The translations under genes were made by a program, and so were the position numbers. The notes beneath the pieces were generated by a model. It worked only from the letters and a program-made list of their open reading frames with translations. It ran no database searches and was not told where the DNA came from. From a virus (taxonomy: Duplodnaviria; Caudoviricetes), in the IMG/VR virus record IMGVR_UViG_3300025425_000027, positions 1 through 53,353 of that record: a stretch of DNA of 53,353 nucleotides. The stretch is one strand, 5' to 3'. This document shows positions 1 through 8,673 of this stretch, in pieces. Positions within the stretch are counted from its first letter, which is position 1, and each line of letters begins with the position of its first letter.

Positions 1-132
1 TTTTTAGAGCGCAAGCACGTCAAGTTTATTGTGCTGTGGGGCGCTGCTGTGACGTGCGTATTGGGCGCTATCATACTCGAAAGGTTTTTTCTATGACTGA
101 CAGTGACCTGACAGCCTTTCAGGCGTCACAGC
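1..132. repeat. Terminal direct repeat or circular assembly overlap, left copy
   Basis: Identical to 53222-53353 except C/T at window positions 12 and 21. Confidence 0.95.
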
Positions 133-281
133 TCCAGTACCTGCGCTCTGAGGTAGACCGGGCGCAGGATGACAGCCTTAGAAGTGACCCGCACCCAAAC
201 GCTCAGAACAAGCTATTCTATGCGCGTGAGGAGCTTCGGACGTTCACCAGCAATCTAAGAGTAGCTGGTAAAAACATCTAA
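93..281 (+). CDS. Hypothetical protein (MTDSDL...)
   Basis: ATG at 93 overlaps (ATGA) the stop of the small gene that spans the genome junction; AAAGG upstream. Confidence 0.7.
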   Translation: MTDSDLTAFQASQLQYLRSEVDRAQDDSLRSDPHPNAQNKLFYAREELRTFTSNLRVAGKNI

Positions 282-299
282 ATATAAAAGGAAAAAACA

Positions 300-1127
300 A
301 TGATACTAGAAAATGATTACTACTGGTTTCAGTCTGCGCTTACAGATGAGCAATGCGATTACATTATTTCTATTGGTGAAAGTGAAATGAAAAATGCCAA
401 GGCTAGAGGCGATTCAATTGACGCATCAACTTTTGACGGAAAAGATAAGTGTTCGATGCTTGAATCTGGTCTGAGAGAAGATGAATTGTTAATGCAAGGC
501 GATTCCACAATTGATGTGATAAAGAACAAAGGAACAAGAGACAAATCCTTTGTTCGTGATACGCACATATCTTGGCTAAATGATAAAGAAATTTATTCAT
601 GGATTACTCCATATTTAAACGAAGCCAATCTTCGTGCTGGTTGGAATTTTGAATGGGATTGGAGCGAAAGCCTGCAATTTACAAAGTATGGAAAGAAGCA
701 GTTTTATGGTTGGCATCCAGATGCTAATGCGAAACCAAACCCACCGTTTTGGGATGAAAGAAATCCACCAGATGGTGAGCATTATGATGAGGTGGAAGAA
801 AATGGTGAAACTATTTGCATTCCCAAGGGAGGATGGGACTTAAAAGAAAACAAGAAAAAATGGTCAAGAGATGCAAATTATGCTAATAAAATTCGCAAAT
901 TATCTATGACTGTTAACCTAACAAAACCTGAAGACTATAAGGGCGGTAATTTAAAGTTTGATTTTGGGCCTCATTCTGAAAATTCTAGATTTCATACTTG
1001 CAAAGAGATCCGTCCGCGTGGGTCTATTATTGTTTTTCCATCAGACAGGTATCATCAAGTCACACCTGTAACGCATGGGACAAGATACTCACTTGTCATG
1101 TGGTGCATGGGAATGCCTTGGAGGTAG
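300..1127 (+). CDS. 2OG-Fe(II) oxygenase, prolyl-4-hydroxylase-like
   Basis: Motifs QFTKY...WHPD (HxD), RKLSMTVNL, YKGGNLKF, IVFPS..YHQVTPVTHGTRYSLVMW (distal His and Arg). Confidence 0.92.
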   Translation: MILENDYYWFQSALTDEQCDYIISIGESEMKNAKARGDSIDASTFDGKDKCSMLESGLREDELLMQGDSTIDVIKNKGTRDKSFVRDTHISWLNDKEIYSWITPYLNEANLRAGWNFEWDWSESLQFTKYGKKQFYGWHPDANAKPNPPFWDERNPPDGEHYDEVEENGETICIPKGGWDLKENKKKWSRDANYANKIRKLSMTVNLTKPEDYKGGNLKFDFGPHSENSRFHTCKEIRPRGSIIVFPSDRYHQVTPVTHGTRYSLVMWCMGMPWR

Positions 1128-1156
1128 AATTATCTAAGTTACCGAAAACTAACAAC

Positions 1157-1239
1157 AATAAAAAACTTTTCTTTTACCCCTTGCATTATTTGCAGGGGGT
1201 CTTATATTAGTTGTATAGAGAGATTTAGAAAGGACTACA
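1157..1239 (+). promoter_or_regulatory. Early promoter/RBS module, copy 1
   Basis: A/T tract, TTGCAT-N16-TATATT, hairpin overlapping the -35, RBS AGAAAGGA; 83-bp repeat of 1758-1840. Confidence 0.8.
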
Positions 1240-1241
1240 CC

Positions 1242-1505
1242 ATGAGAAAACAATTGATCTGCAAATCCACACCCAAGGGTTGGAAAGTCATCATCCGCGT
1301 GACTGACGCGAAGTTCGAGGGATCGAACTGCGACACCACGATTGCCAGCTTTGCCAAGCGCCCAATGGGCCTGATCACAATGGCGGCTGCTGTGACAGCT
1401 CTCCAGAAGAGTGTCTTTCTGGATGAGATCAGCATCATTGCCAACAAGGCGCGGCTTGATGAGCTGATCAGCGTGGGCATCGTAGATCGGGAGGTCTTGG
1501 CATGA
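1242..1505 (+). CDS. Hypothetical early protein
   Basis: ATG directly after the AGAAAGGA RBS. Confidence 0.8.
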   Translation: MRKQLICKSTPKGWKVIIRVTDAKFEGSNCDTTIASFAKRPMGLITMAAAVTALQKSVFLDEISIIANKARLDELISVGIVDREVLA

Positions 1506-1738
1506 TTTATGAATGGGAAAAAGAGATCGATATGGAAGCGATCATTGAGAAGGCAAATTTAGATTTGCCTGACCACCTCACCATTATTGGCCTTGCTGTG
1601 GTCAACACAGAACAAGTTGAGGCTTGCCTGAAAGTCAATGAAGACTGGGTTGGCAACGGAATAGCACGGATGGATGTGATGTCTGACGTAAGCGGAGACG
1701 CTAAGAGGCTGTACGAAGAATGCTTTAAAAAGCCATAA
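1502..1738 (+). CDS. Hypothetical early protein
   Basis: GGAGG RBS; ATGA overlap with the preceding gene. Confidence 0.75.
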   Translation: MIYEWEKEIDMEAIIEKANLDLPDHLTIIGLAVVNTEQVEACLKVNEDWVGNGIARMDVMSDVSGDAKRLYEECFKKP

Positions 1739-1757
1739 GTCCTTTGGTTTAAACGAT

Positions 1758-1840
1758 AATAAAAAACTTTTCTCTTGGCCCTTGCATTATGTGCTGGGGC
1801 CACTATATTAGTTGTATAGAGAGATTTAGAAAGGACTACA
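1758..1840 (+). promoter_or_regulatory. Early promoter/RBS module, copy 2
   Basis: 74/83 identical to 1157-1239 by manual alignment; same -35, -10 and RBS. Confidence 0.8.
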
Positions 1841-1842
1841 AA

Positions 1843-2415
1843 ATGGCATATTCACACAAACACCCCGGCGCTCAGAACTACCACTCATCAATTCAGAGCT
1901 ACAAGATGGCTAACGCCGCTGACACCAAGCGCAAAAATTGGATTGCTACTGATGACCGCGCCCAAGAGGTCATTGATTTTGTTAAATTTGAAGACCCAAA
2001 CGAGCAAGGCTTTTTGCCAGCAGTTAAAAAAGGCATCTGGCAGTTTGGTTCGCCCACCGAAAACATGCGTAACGCCGTGGTCAAGATGATTGACAAACGC
2101 GCCGCTCAGAAGGCTGAGTGGGCCGCTAGAGACGGCAAGTGCGAGTTTGTTGGCACAGTGGGCGAGCGTCAGTCTTTCGCTCTCACAGTCAAGCACGTTG
2201 TGTCTTTGGACGGTGGGGACTGGGGTACGAGCTACATCAACATCTGCCGCGATGCCGACGACAATGTTGTGATCTACAAAGGCTCGAACTTCTGGGGCAA
2301 AGACAGTGTAGTGACCTGCATGGCCAAGGTTAAAGATCACGGTGTTCGTGAAGGTGTAAAGCAAACCATCATCCAGCGCCCCACCAAAGTAATAGTAAAC
2401 GGAGAGGCTTGGTAG
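1843..2415 (+). CDS. Early protein with probable C-terminal OB-fold
   Basis: Start reassigned to MAYSHK after the RBS; C-terminal FVGTVGER...AKVKDH...KQTIIQRP beta pattern. Confidence 0.7.
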   Translation: MAYSHKHPGAQNYHSSIQSYKMANAADTKRKNWIATDDRAQEVIDFVKFEDPNEQGFLPAVKKGIWQFGSPTENMRNAVVKMIDKRAAQKAEWAARDGKCEFVGTVGERQSFALTVKHVVSLDGGDWGTSYINICRDADDNVVIYKGSNFWGKDSVVTCMAKVKDHGVREGVKQTIIQRPTKVIVNGEAW

Positions 2416-2450
2416 CCTCTTCTACCCCACCTCTGAGAAAGGACTACAAA

Positions 2451-2630
2451 ATGTCTAAAGTTAATGACTGGTCAATCGAATTGAAGGAAATGGGTAGCAC
2501 AGCTCCCTGCCACGTCTGCAATGGCGATGGCAAAGTTGAGGTGCAGATTGCTGCTGATGACTTCCGCGAAGACACTTGCGATATGTGCAATGGCTCTGGC
2601 GAGCTGGAGCTGGATGATGAATATGAATAA
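2451..2630 (+). CDS. Small DnaJ-type zinc-finger protein
   Basis: Two CxxCxGxG motifs (CHVCNGDG, CDMCNGSG); AGAAAGGA RBS. Confidence 0.8.
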   Translation: MSKVNDWSIELKEMGSTAPCHVCNGDGKVEVQIAADDFREDTCDMCNGSGELELDDEYE

Positions 2631-3045
2631 GGGTCAGGAAAATCTCCGCATTGCGCTGCGCGATAATCTCAAAATGAAGTTCTACAAGGTGGAGGGGAAG
2701 GGCGGAACGCCCAACCTCCACTATCTTGGCAAGGGCGACTGGCCCACAGGCTGGATGGAAATCATCCACTTGGAGGAGTGGGGCAAGCGCGTCACTACTG
2801 GCCTGCGCCTAGAGCAAGCCAAGTGGATGCAGGATTACATCGACAGTGGCGGCAGTGCGTGGGTGGTGATCCGTGTGGGCCTAGCCACATGCCTGTTCTG
2901 GGGGGATGCGGTTTTTGATTTACTAGATCGGCCCAGCCCAAAGAACTTTATGGGTCTGGCTGTCTGGAGCAAAAACGGCAACCTGTTGAAAGAGGATTGG
3001 AAGCACGTTGAGAACATGATCCTCAACGCAAACTCTGGTTATTGA
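2623..3045 (+). CDS. VRR-NUC/resolvase-like PD-(D/E)xK fold protein with degenerate active site
   Basis: GTPNL...WMEII...LRLEQAKW...GGSAWVV; PD has become PN and ExK has become EII. Confidence 0.6.
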   Translation: MNKGQENLRIALRDNLKMKFYKVEGKGGTPNLHYLGKGDWPTGWMEIIHLEEWGKRVTTGLRLEQAKWMQDYIDSGGSAWVVIRVGLATCLFWGDAVFDLLDRPSPKNFMGLAVWSKNGNLLKEDWKHVENMILNANSGY

Positions 3046-5141
3046 GCTTGGCTTAACAGAGCTGGGTTCGTGCTTTGGATTAAGCTCTGCAACGCTGGGG
3101 ACTGTGTGATGTCAACGTCCTCTATAGGCTGCTCAATTGTTGCGGCTTCAGCCGCACCGGGCATAATAGCGCCACCCAAAGCCTCAATATAGGATAGTAC
3201 GTCTTCCCTAAACTGTGAGTCTCTTGAAGAAATTTCCATCAGCCTGCCCAAATGGTATTTTACACTGTTTGGGTTTTTACCCATTTGCGGACCAGACTTT
3301 ACAAGCCACCTAACAAACTCTGGCTTTGTAACAAGACGCGCTGAAACATATGGCGCAAGAGCGGCCCCAGCCAATCCAACCGCTGCTGTAGTAGCCGCTG
3401 AACCCACATCGTACCCTTGGCCAATCATGCCCAATCCAGCCACAAGTGGGCTGAGTGTGGCGGTGAAACCAATAGTCTGACCTGTCTTGCTATTATTTGC
3501 AAATGCGTCAGTGGATTTTACATCGTTTAACATTTCAACAAGGCTATCTAAATCAGCCCTATTGTTTCCTTTTCCAAACAATGCATCCTTTGCGCTATCG
3601 GCTAGTTTCGAGTAATTCGTCAAGAACTTTGCGGTTGAGAACTCTTCAATTGCATCCTGACCAGCGGGGCTAGTCATACCAAGCCTGCTAAGAACTGACG
3701 CCTTTATGTCTCCACGCTGTGCCGCAGGGATATTTCTCAATATCTTTTTTAACTGCTCGCCGCTTTCTTTTGTACCCTGCATCATAAAATTAAAAGCCTG
3801 AACGGCAGTTCTTTTTTCTTTATGCAGTTGGTCAAAGACAGGTTGAACATCAAACCTCTGTCTATTTCTGGTGTAAATATCTGCCTTTGAAAGAGCTTTA
3901 TTAGCTTGTTCACCACCGTAATTTGTTACGGAATCTTTCATGTCATTAGTCAGAGACGTATAGACTGTGTCTAGATAACTAGCGGAATCGCCGTAACCTT
4001 GTCTTTTTAAGCCATCTATTTTTCTACGAAGATTTGTCCGAAGCTGGCGAAGAGTTTGTAAGTCTATACCACCGCCAGCTTGGGAATCTGCGATTAACCT
4101 ATCAGTCTCATCAAGAGCTGCCTGCATGGACGGGCGCAAAGATTGCTCTGCCCTAGACAGTTCATCCTTGAGCTTTGCGCGTAATTCTATGACATTATTT
4201 ACACGCCCACTAGCATCTGGGGCCAAGTCAAAAGCTGCATCGTATAGCTCACCTTGAGTGGCTTTAAATTTTGCTAAACCTTTTTCTGCGCCTGTCTGTA
4301 GTATCTGGCCAATCTCACCGCCCTCTTGGACGGGCTTGCCATATTTTGAAGCTATATCTCGAACGGCTTGCCCCGCAGATGTTCTGAATGCATCAAACTG
4401 TTCAAATATAATTGGAGATGACGTAGGGAAATCTCTCATCCGCTGTTCAAAAAACATTAAAAAAGGAGACTGGGTTGAAGTCCCTGCTGACGGAAGTTTC
4501 ATTCCCAGCTCACCAGCAACGGCTATACGCTCCCGTGCTGCGGCTTGCCTTGCTGGGCCAACGCCTGCCAACCTTCGTGTAATAGCACCGGGAGCTGCGG
4601 CTAACGCGCTACCAGCTTTTTCCACAAGTTTACCGCCGACAACTTCCAAGCCAATATTTGTGGCTGCTTTAGCCCCTTGCTCTGCAAGGCTACCGCGATC
4701 AACTGAAAAAGGATCAGGAAGAAAAAAATCAACAGCCCTATCGTACAATTGGCCTGCGCCCTCAGATGCCAGTGCAGCCGCCGCTGGAACTGTCACAAAC
4801 TCTTCTGGCGTTGCCACTTGTGGGCCTAGCTGGCCCCCAACAAGAGCTGCCGCTCCACCAACAGTACCTGCTACACCAGAAAGAATATCTCGACCAACAG
4901 ACACATAGTCGCCCATATCAAGACCCTTTGGGTTGTATAGGGTCTTTTGGCCAGTCGCTGGGTTAGTATAAATAAAATTATCTTCGCCCATTGGCGTACC
5001 CGCAGTTGAAACCGCGTCTGGGTAATATTGCTTTATCGCTTCGAGCCTACGCTCTGGGTTATCAAAATTGCCTACAATTGCACGAACTTTTTTTGGCGCA
5101 CCAGTGCTTGTATCGATAGCTGTAAATTTAGGGCCTGCCAT
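3039..5141 (-). CDS. Large internal virion (DNA ejection) protein
   Basis: 700 aa, helical, Gly/Ala-rich hydrophobic segments; last gene of the podovirus structural operon. Confidence 0.65.
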   Translation of the reverse strand: MAGPKFTAIDTSTGAPKKVRAIVGNFDNPERRLEAIKQYYPDAVSTAGTPMGEDNFIYTNPATGQKTLYNPKGLDMGDYVSVGRDILSGVAGTVGGAAALVGGQLGPQVATPEEFVTVPAAAALASEGAGQLYDRAVDFFLPDPFSVDRGSLAEQGAKAATNIGLEVVGGKLVEKAGSALAAAPGAITRRLAGVGPARQAAARERIAVAGELGMKLPSAGTSTQSPFLMFFEQRMRDFPTSSPIIFEQFDAFRTSAGQAVRDIASKYGKPVQEGGEIGQILQTGAEKGLAKFKATQGELYDAAFDLAPDASGRVNNVIELRAKLKDELSRAEQSLRPSMQAALDETDRLIADSQAGGGIDLQTLRQLRTNLRRKIDGLKRQGYGDSASYLDTVYTSLTNDMKDSVTNYGGEQANKALSKADIYTRNRQRFDVQPVFDQLHKEKRTAVQAFNFMMQGTKESGEQLKKILRNIPAAQRGDIKASVLSRLGMTSPAGQDAIEEFSTAKFLTNYSKLADSAKDALFGKGNNRADLDSLVEMLNDVKSTDAFANNSKTGQTIGFTATLSPLVAGLGMIGQGYDVGSAATTAAVGLAGAALAPYVSARLVTKPEFVRWLVKSGPQMGKNPNSVKYHLGRLMEISSRDSQFREDVLSYIEALGGAIMPGAAEAATIEQPIEDVDITQSPALQSLIQSTNPALLSQAQ

Positions 5142-5143
5142 TT

Positions 5144-6898
5144 TTATTCCTCTACAATTATGCGGCCATCAGACAACTGCTTGTACTTAACGCCACCTAT
5201 CTCATACTCATCAACAACAGTTATAGCCGCTGGGGCTTGGGTGGCCTGCCCAGAAGCGGAGCTATCTACAGGAATACCATGCTTATTTGGATCATATTTT
5301 CTATCTGATTCTGGGATTGTAGGATCGTACAAAAGTTTGCCTTGCGACAGAAGTTGATTTGTATCTGTGAAATACTGCGCCAATACCGCTAGTTTGTTTT
5401 TGGCTTGAGCCTCATTGTCAAAACTTGATGGATAATACAGTGTCATGTAATTTTCAACTTCTGCTGGTGGTACAGCCGCGCCAGATCTGGCACGAAGCAA
5501 AAGCTCAATCGATCTTTTCATGGCTTGGTATGCAGTTCTTGAGTCACCAGTTAAACTGCCCTCTGGGCCTACACCACCGCCGGGAATTACATTTGAAGCA
5601 ATGACAAGGGATTTGTTGAATACACCACCTGGAAAAATAAGATCGGAAGCTATTTTAACATCTCTCATGCCACCGCGAGCATCAACGATACCTTGTGCCG
5701 CTTCCTTTGGTATGTTTTTAGGGGCAGAACTAACAACCGTAAATTCCCTGCCAGCAATCACAATAGTTTCAGTTTTTGGTTGTTTATTTTCATCATCGGG
5801 ATCGATTTCTACCCCGATAGGCTGTTGAGATGCAATCTCCCTAATTTGATTAGCAATTTCTAGACCATATGACTGTTCAATTATTTTGTATGCATCTTTG
5901 CCGGGATAAGTGGCAGTTTTTGAAACTCCGTCTTCCACAAAAGTAATAGTTTCTGTTTTTGACATATCTGTGACATCATTAATAAATGTTCCTAAAGATC
6001 TAGAATTTACAACATTAGGATTTGCCACGAAACTATCTACAAAATCAAAAACCCTATTAGTAGCGCGTTCTGGCGCAGATCCTTGTGGTGGCGATTTTTC
6101 ATCTGGCAGAGCCGCAGTTGGAAGGTGTTTTGTTTCATCAAAATCACTTCTAAGAATGCTTGTAATTCTTTCATCAATTTGAGTCGCAGGATCGTCTGCC
6201 TCGCCACGCAAAATAACAGTCATGCGGGTTTTGTCTTCAGATGTTGATGAATCTTTTGGAAGAGCGGAGACTGGAAGGTGTTTTGTGGAGTCAAAAGAAC
6301 CGCGAGGAATACTTGTAAATCTTTCATCAATAGGTGTATTTAAATCGTCCGTACCCTCTCTAAGAATAACATCCATTCGGGTGTTGTCTACGCTAGTAGA
6401 AGTCTTCGGCACACTGGTAACCCGAACGCTCCCGTCAGTTGGCAGTTCAGAAAATTGTTTTGGTGTTAGTGGCGTCTCGGCTGGAGTAGTAAATGTGCCG
6501 TCTTCATTTTTATTGGAAACCATATAGAAGTCAGGCTTGCCGTATGTCGCTCTTGCAGCCTTTGGCGGCTTCAAACTTGGAGCCAATTGAACCGCTGTTT
6601 GCATCCGCGCCCGGTCTGTCTCACGCTTCTCTTTCTTCTTGGCGTTTAGGTAATCTAACGGAGCGCCCATTGAACCAACCGCAGCACCCAGAGCAGTCGC
6701 ACCGGGGACTGATGCGGCTTTACCCATTTCAGCAAAGAACTGGAACGCAGCTTCCCAAGGGTCAGCTTCCGCCACTTGCGGGTAAAGCTGGTTGGCAAAA
6801 TCCATAGCCTGCTGCCCAGCCTTTGCGCTGCCGCCTAGAGTGTTTAGAACGCCAAGATTAATGGAGTTTATATCTGTGCCAGAAGCGCCTAAAGCCAT
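5144..6898 (-). CDS. Internal virion/ejection protein with ~51-aa duplication
   Basis: Position in the ejection cluster; LLRARSGAAVPPAE motif; internal repeat. Confidence 0.6.
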   Translation of the reverse strand: MALGASGTDINSINLGVLNTLGGSAKAGQQAMDFANQLYPQVAEADPWEAAFQFFAEMGKAASVPGATALGAAVGSMGAPLDYLNAKKKEKRETDRARMQTAVQLAPSLKPPKAARATYGKPDFYMVSNKNEDGTFTTPAETPLTPKQFSELPTDGSVRVTSVPKTSTSVDNTRMDVILREGTDDLNTPIDERFTSIPRGSFDSTKHLPVSALPKDSSTSEDKTRMTVILRGEADDPATQIDERITSILRSDFDETKHLPTAALPDEKSPPQGSAPERATNRVFDFVDSFVANPNVVNSRSLGTFINDVTDMSKTETITFVEDGVSKTATYPGKDAYKIIEQSYGLEIANQIREIASQQPIGVEIDPDDENKQPKTETIVIAGREFTVVSSAPKNIPKEAAQGIVDARGGMRDVKIASDLIFPGGVFNKSLVIASNVIPGGGVGPEGSLTGDSRTAYQAMKRSIELLLRARSGAAVPPAEVENYMTLYYPSSFDNEAQAKNKLAVLAQYFTDTNQLLSQGKLLYDPTIPESDRKYDPNKHGIPVDSSASGQATQAPAAITVVDEYEIGGVKYKQLSDGRIIVEE

Positions 6899-6912
6899 AA
6901 CCTGATCCTACT

Positions 6913-7902
6913 CTATGAGTTCATAAGTTTGTATGCGCTTGCCAGACCGCCCATACCAGCCACGGTTTGGCCGAACAGAGATGGGTTTGCACTCATCTGC
7001 GACCCAGTGGTGTAGCTGCGGTTAATCGTGTTGTACGGGGTTCCTGAGAGCGCACCCAACGTGAAGTTAACCATTTCCTGTGGATACATCTTCTGATCAA
7101 GATAGTCAGCATATGCTAGATCCAGAGCCTGTTGATCAAGCTGCCTGCGAGCTTCGCCAGCGCCGATAAGTCCAGCGGCGGCTTGCGTCTGCAAGTCTTG
7201 CACCATTGGGGCCATGCCTTGGTATGCATCCATCTGCTGGATGCGTGAGGCTTCGTTTGTCTCGTAAGCCTGACGGGCCTGAGTGTCTGCGCCAAAACGC
7301 GCCTGTCGATCAGTGTCAAAGCGACCAGAGGCAAAGTTTAGACCTTCACGGGCTGCACCCGCCCTCAAGTCTCCTGCGGCCTGTGCGCCCTCGCCAGCGA
7401 CTGTGCCTTCCATGATGCCAAGTCGGCTACCGAATGCGCCGCCACCTGTAGAGGCTCTGGCCCGTGCATCGTTCTGAGCGCGGAGCGTTTGCTCTTCAAT
7501 CTCGCGGACGGCAGGGTCCATAGCCGACTGATAGATGTCCATGTAGGGCTGTGCGCTCTCAAGGCTAAAAGGATCGCCCATAAGCTCTTCACGGGACATG
7601 GTGTCATATCCAGCGCCTAGAGTGTCTGCCACTTCACCAGCGCGGTTCATGTATGGCATATAGCTCTCTGCACCATCCTTGAGGATGTTCATGCCTTGGC
7701 GCTCTTCTTCTGTCAGACGATTGCCGTCATAGGAGGCTGTCCGTGCGCCTGTGTACATGGGGTATGGCGAATTTGCTATTTCAGCAGCTCGCTCAAATGT
7801 GGTTCGACCCGCAGCGGTTACCCACGCTGGTACACCCGTCTCTCCTACTGTCTCGCTAGAAGATGGCAGTTCCGAATATGATGGTGTGCAAAAGCCGCCC
7901 AT
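6913..7902 (-). CDS. DNA ejection/pilot protein
   Basis: Q/A-rich, GGGAFGSR motif, C-terminal Gly-rich hydrophobic helix; follows the GNAT gene. Confidence 0.65.
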   Translation of the reverse strand: MGGFCTPSYSELPSSSETVGETGVPAWVTAAGRTTFERAAEIANSPYPMYTGARTASYDGNRLTEEERQGMNILKDGAESYMPYMNRAGEVADTLGAGYDTMSREELMGDPFSLESAQPYMDIYQSAMDPAVREIEEQTLRAQNDARARASTGGGAFGSRLGIMEGTVAGEGAQAAGDLRAGAAREGLNFASGRFDTDRQARFGADTQARQAYETNEASRIQQMDAYQGMAPMVQDLQTQAAAGLIGAGEARRQLDQQALDLAYADYLDQKMYPQEMVNFTLGALSGTPYNTINRSYTTGSQMSANPSLFGQTVAGMGGLASAYKLMNS

Positions 7903-8340
7903 TTAAGCCTCCATGTAAAGCGATCCAACCTTGGCCATGCCAAGTCGCTCATAAAAATTGTCTTTTCGGTCAATATCTCCAGAATAGACATGACCAAGTT
8001 TGACCTTGATGTTGGCGTCTCGACCTATTTCTAGGAAACTTTTCACCAGCGTTAGGGCCGCTCTTGATTTTCTATGCTCTTTATACACAAAAAACCACAG
8101 GTCAGCCAAGTATAATTTGTCGGACCACCAGTCGGACGTTTCCATCCCGCCAATAGATCCGATAATTTTGCCGTTAACTTCCGCCACAATGACAACGCCC
8201 CTGTGCAGGGCATTGTTAATTGCAGTGGTCAGCTTTTCGGAATTGACTGGCGATGTGCCGTCAACTGTCCCTGAGTGCATGACCATAAGCATCATGTACA
8301 ACTCAGATAAGTCTTCGACTGTCGCCAATCTTAATATCAA
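7903..8340 (-). CDS. GNAT acetyltransferase in the structural module
   Basis: ILRLATVEDL, FFVYKEHRKSRAA, FYERLG GNAT motifs. Confidence 0.85.
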   Translation of the reverse strand: MILRLATVEDLSELYMMLMVMHSGTVDGTSPVNSEKLTTAINNALHRGVVIVAEVNGKIIGSIGGMETSDWWSDKLYLADLWFFVYKEHRKSRAALTLVKSFLEIGRDANIKVKLGHVYSGDIDRKDNFYERLGMAKVGSLYMEA

Positions 8341-8672
8341 GCCATGCCGCCTAGTGCGCCCATCTGTGGAGCCGCCTGTGGGGCTGGAGTCTCTTGTGGC
8401 ATACCGCCGCCGCCCTCTACTGCCGCAATAAGCTCTTGCAGCTCTGGGAGGAGCTTCATGAGAACTTGAGCCACCTCTGGGGTGATGACAGTGTCCAGCA
8501 TTTGCAGCTCTTGCTCTGACATAGCTGACAGACGTGCCACCAGCATTGCTGCGATTTCTTCGTCTGGCTGTAGCAGGTTCTTCATTGCCTCTGGTGGGAG
8601 GTTACGCATTGGGTTTTCGGCGTTCATATTAGCGCCTGCCATGTCTGGCATCATCATTGGTTCACGGGCCAT
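8337..8672 (-). CDS. Hypothetical virion-associated protein
   Basis: Start reassigned to MAREPMMM after GAAGGA; coupled to its neighbours. Confidence 0.65.
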   Translation of the reverse strand: MAREPMMMPDMAGANMNAENPMRNLPPEAMKNLLQPDEEIAAMLVARLSAMSEQELQMLDTVITPEVAQVLMKLLPELQELIAAVEGGGGMPQETPAPQAAPQMGALGGMA

Positions 8673-8673
8673 A

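Noticed and set aside
4258-4908. Long + strand ORFs opposite structural genes (also 14088-14657, 30139-30729, 32914-33594, 36263-36856)
   Set aside because: Antisense shadows of well-supported minus-strand genes, with no recognisable motifs.
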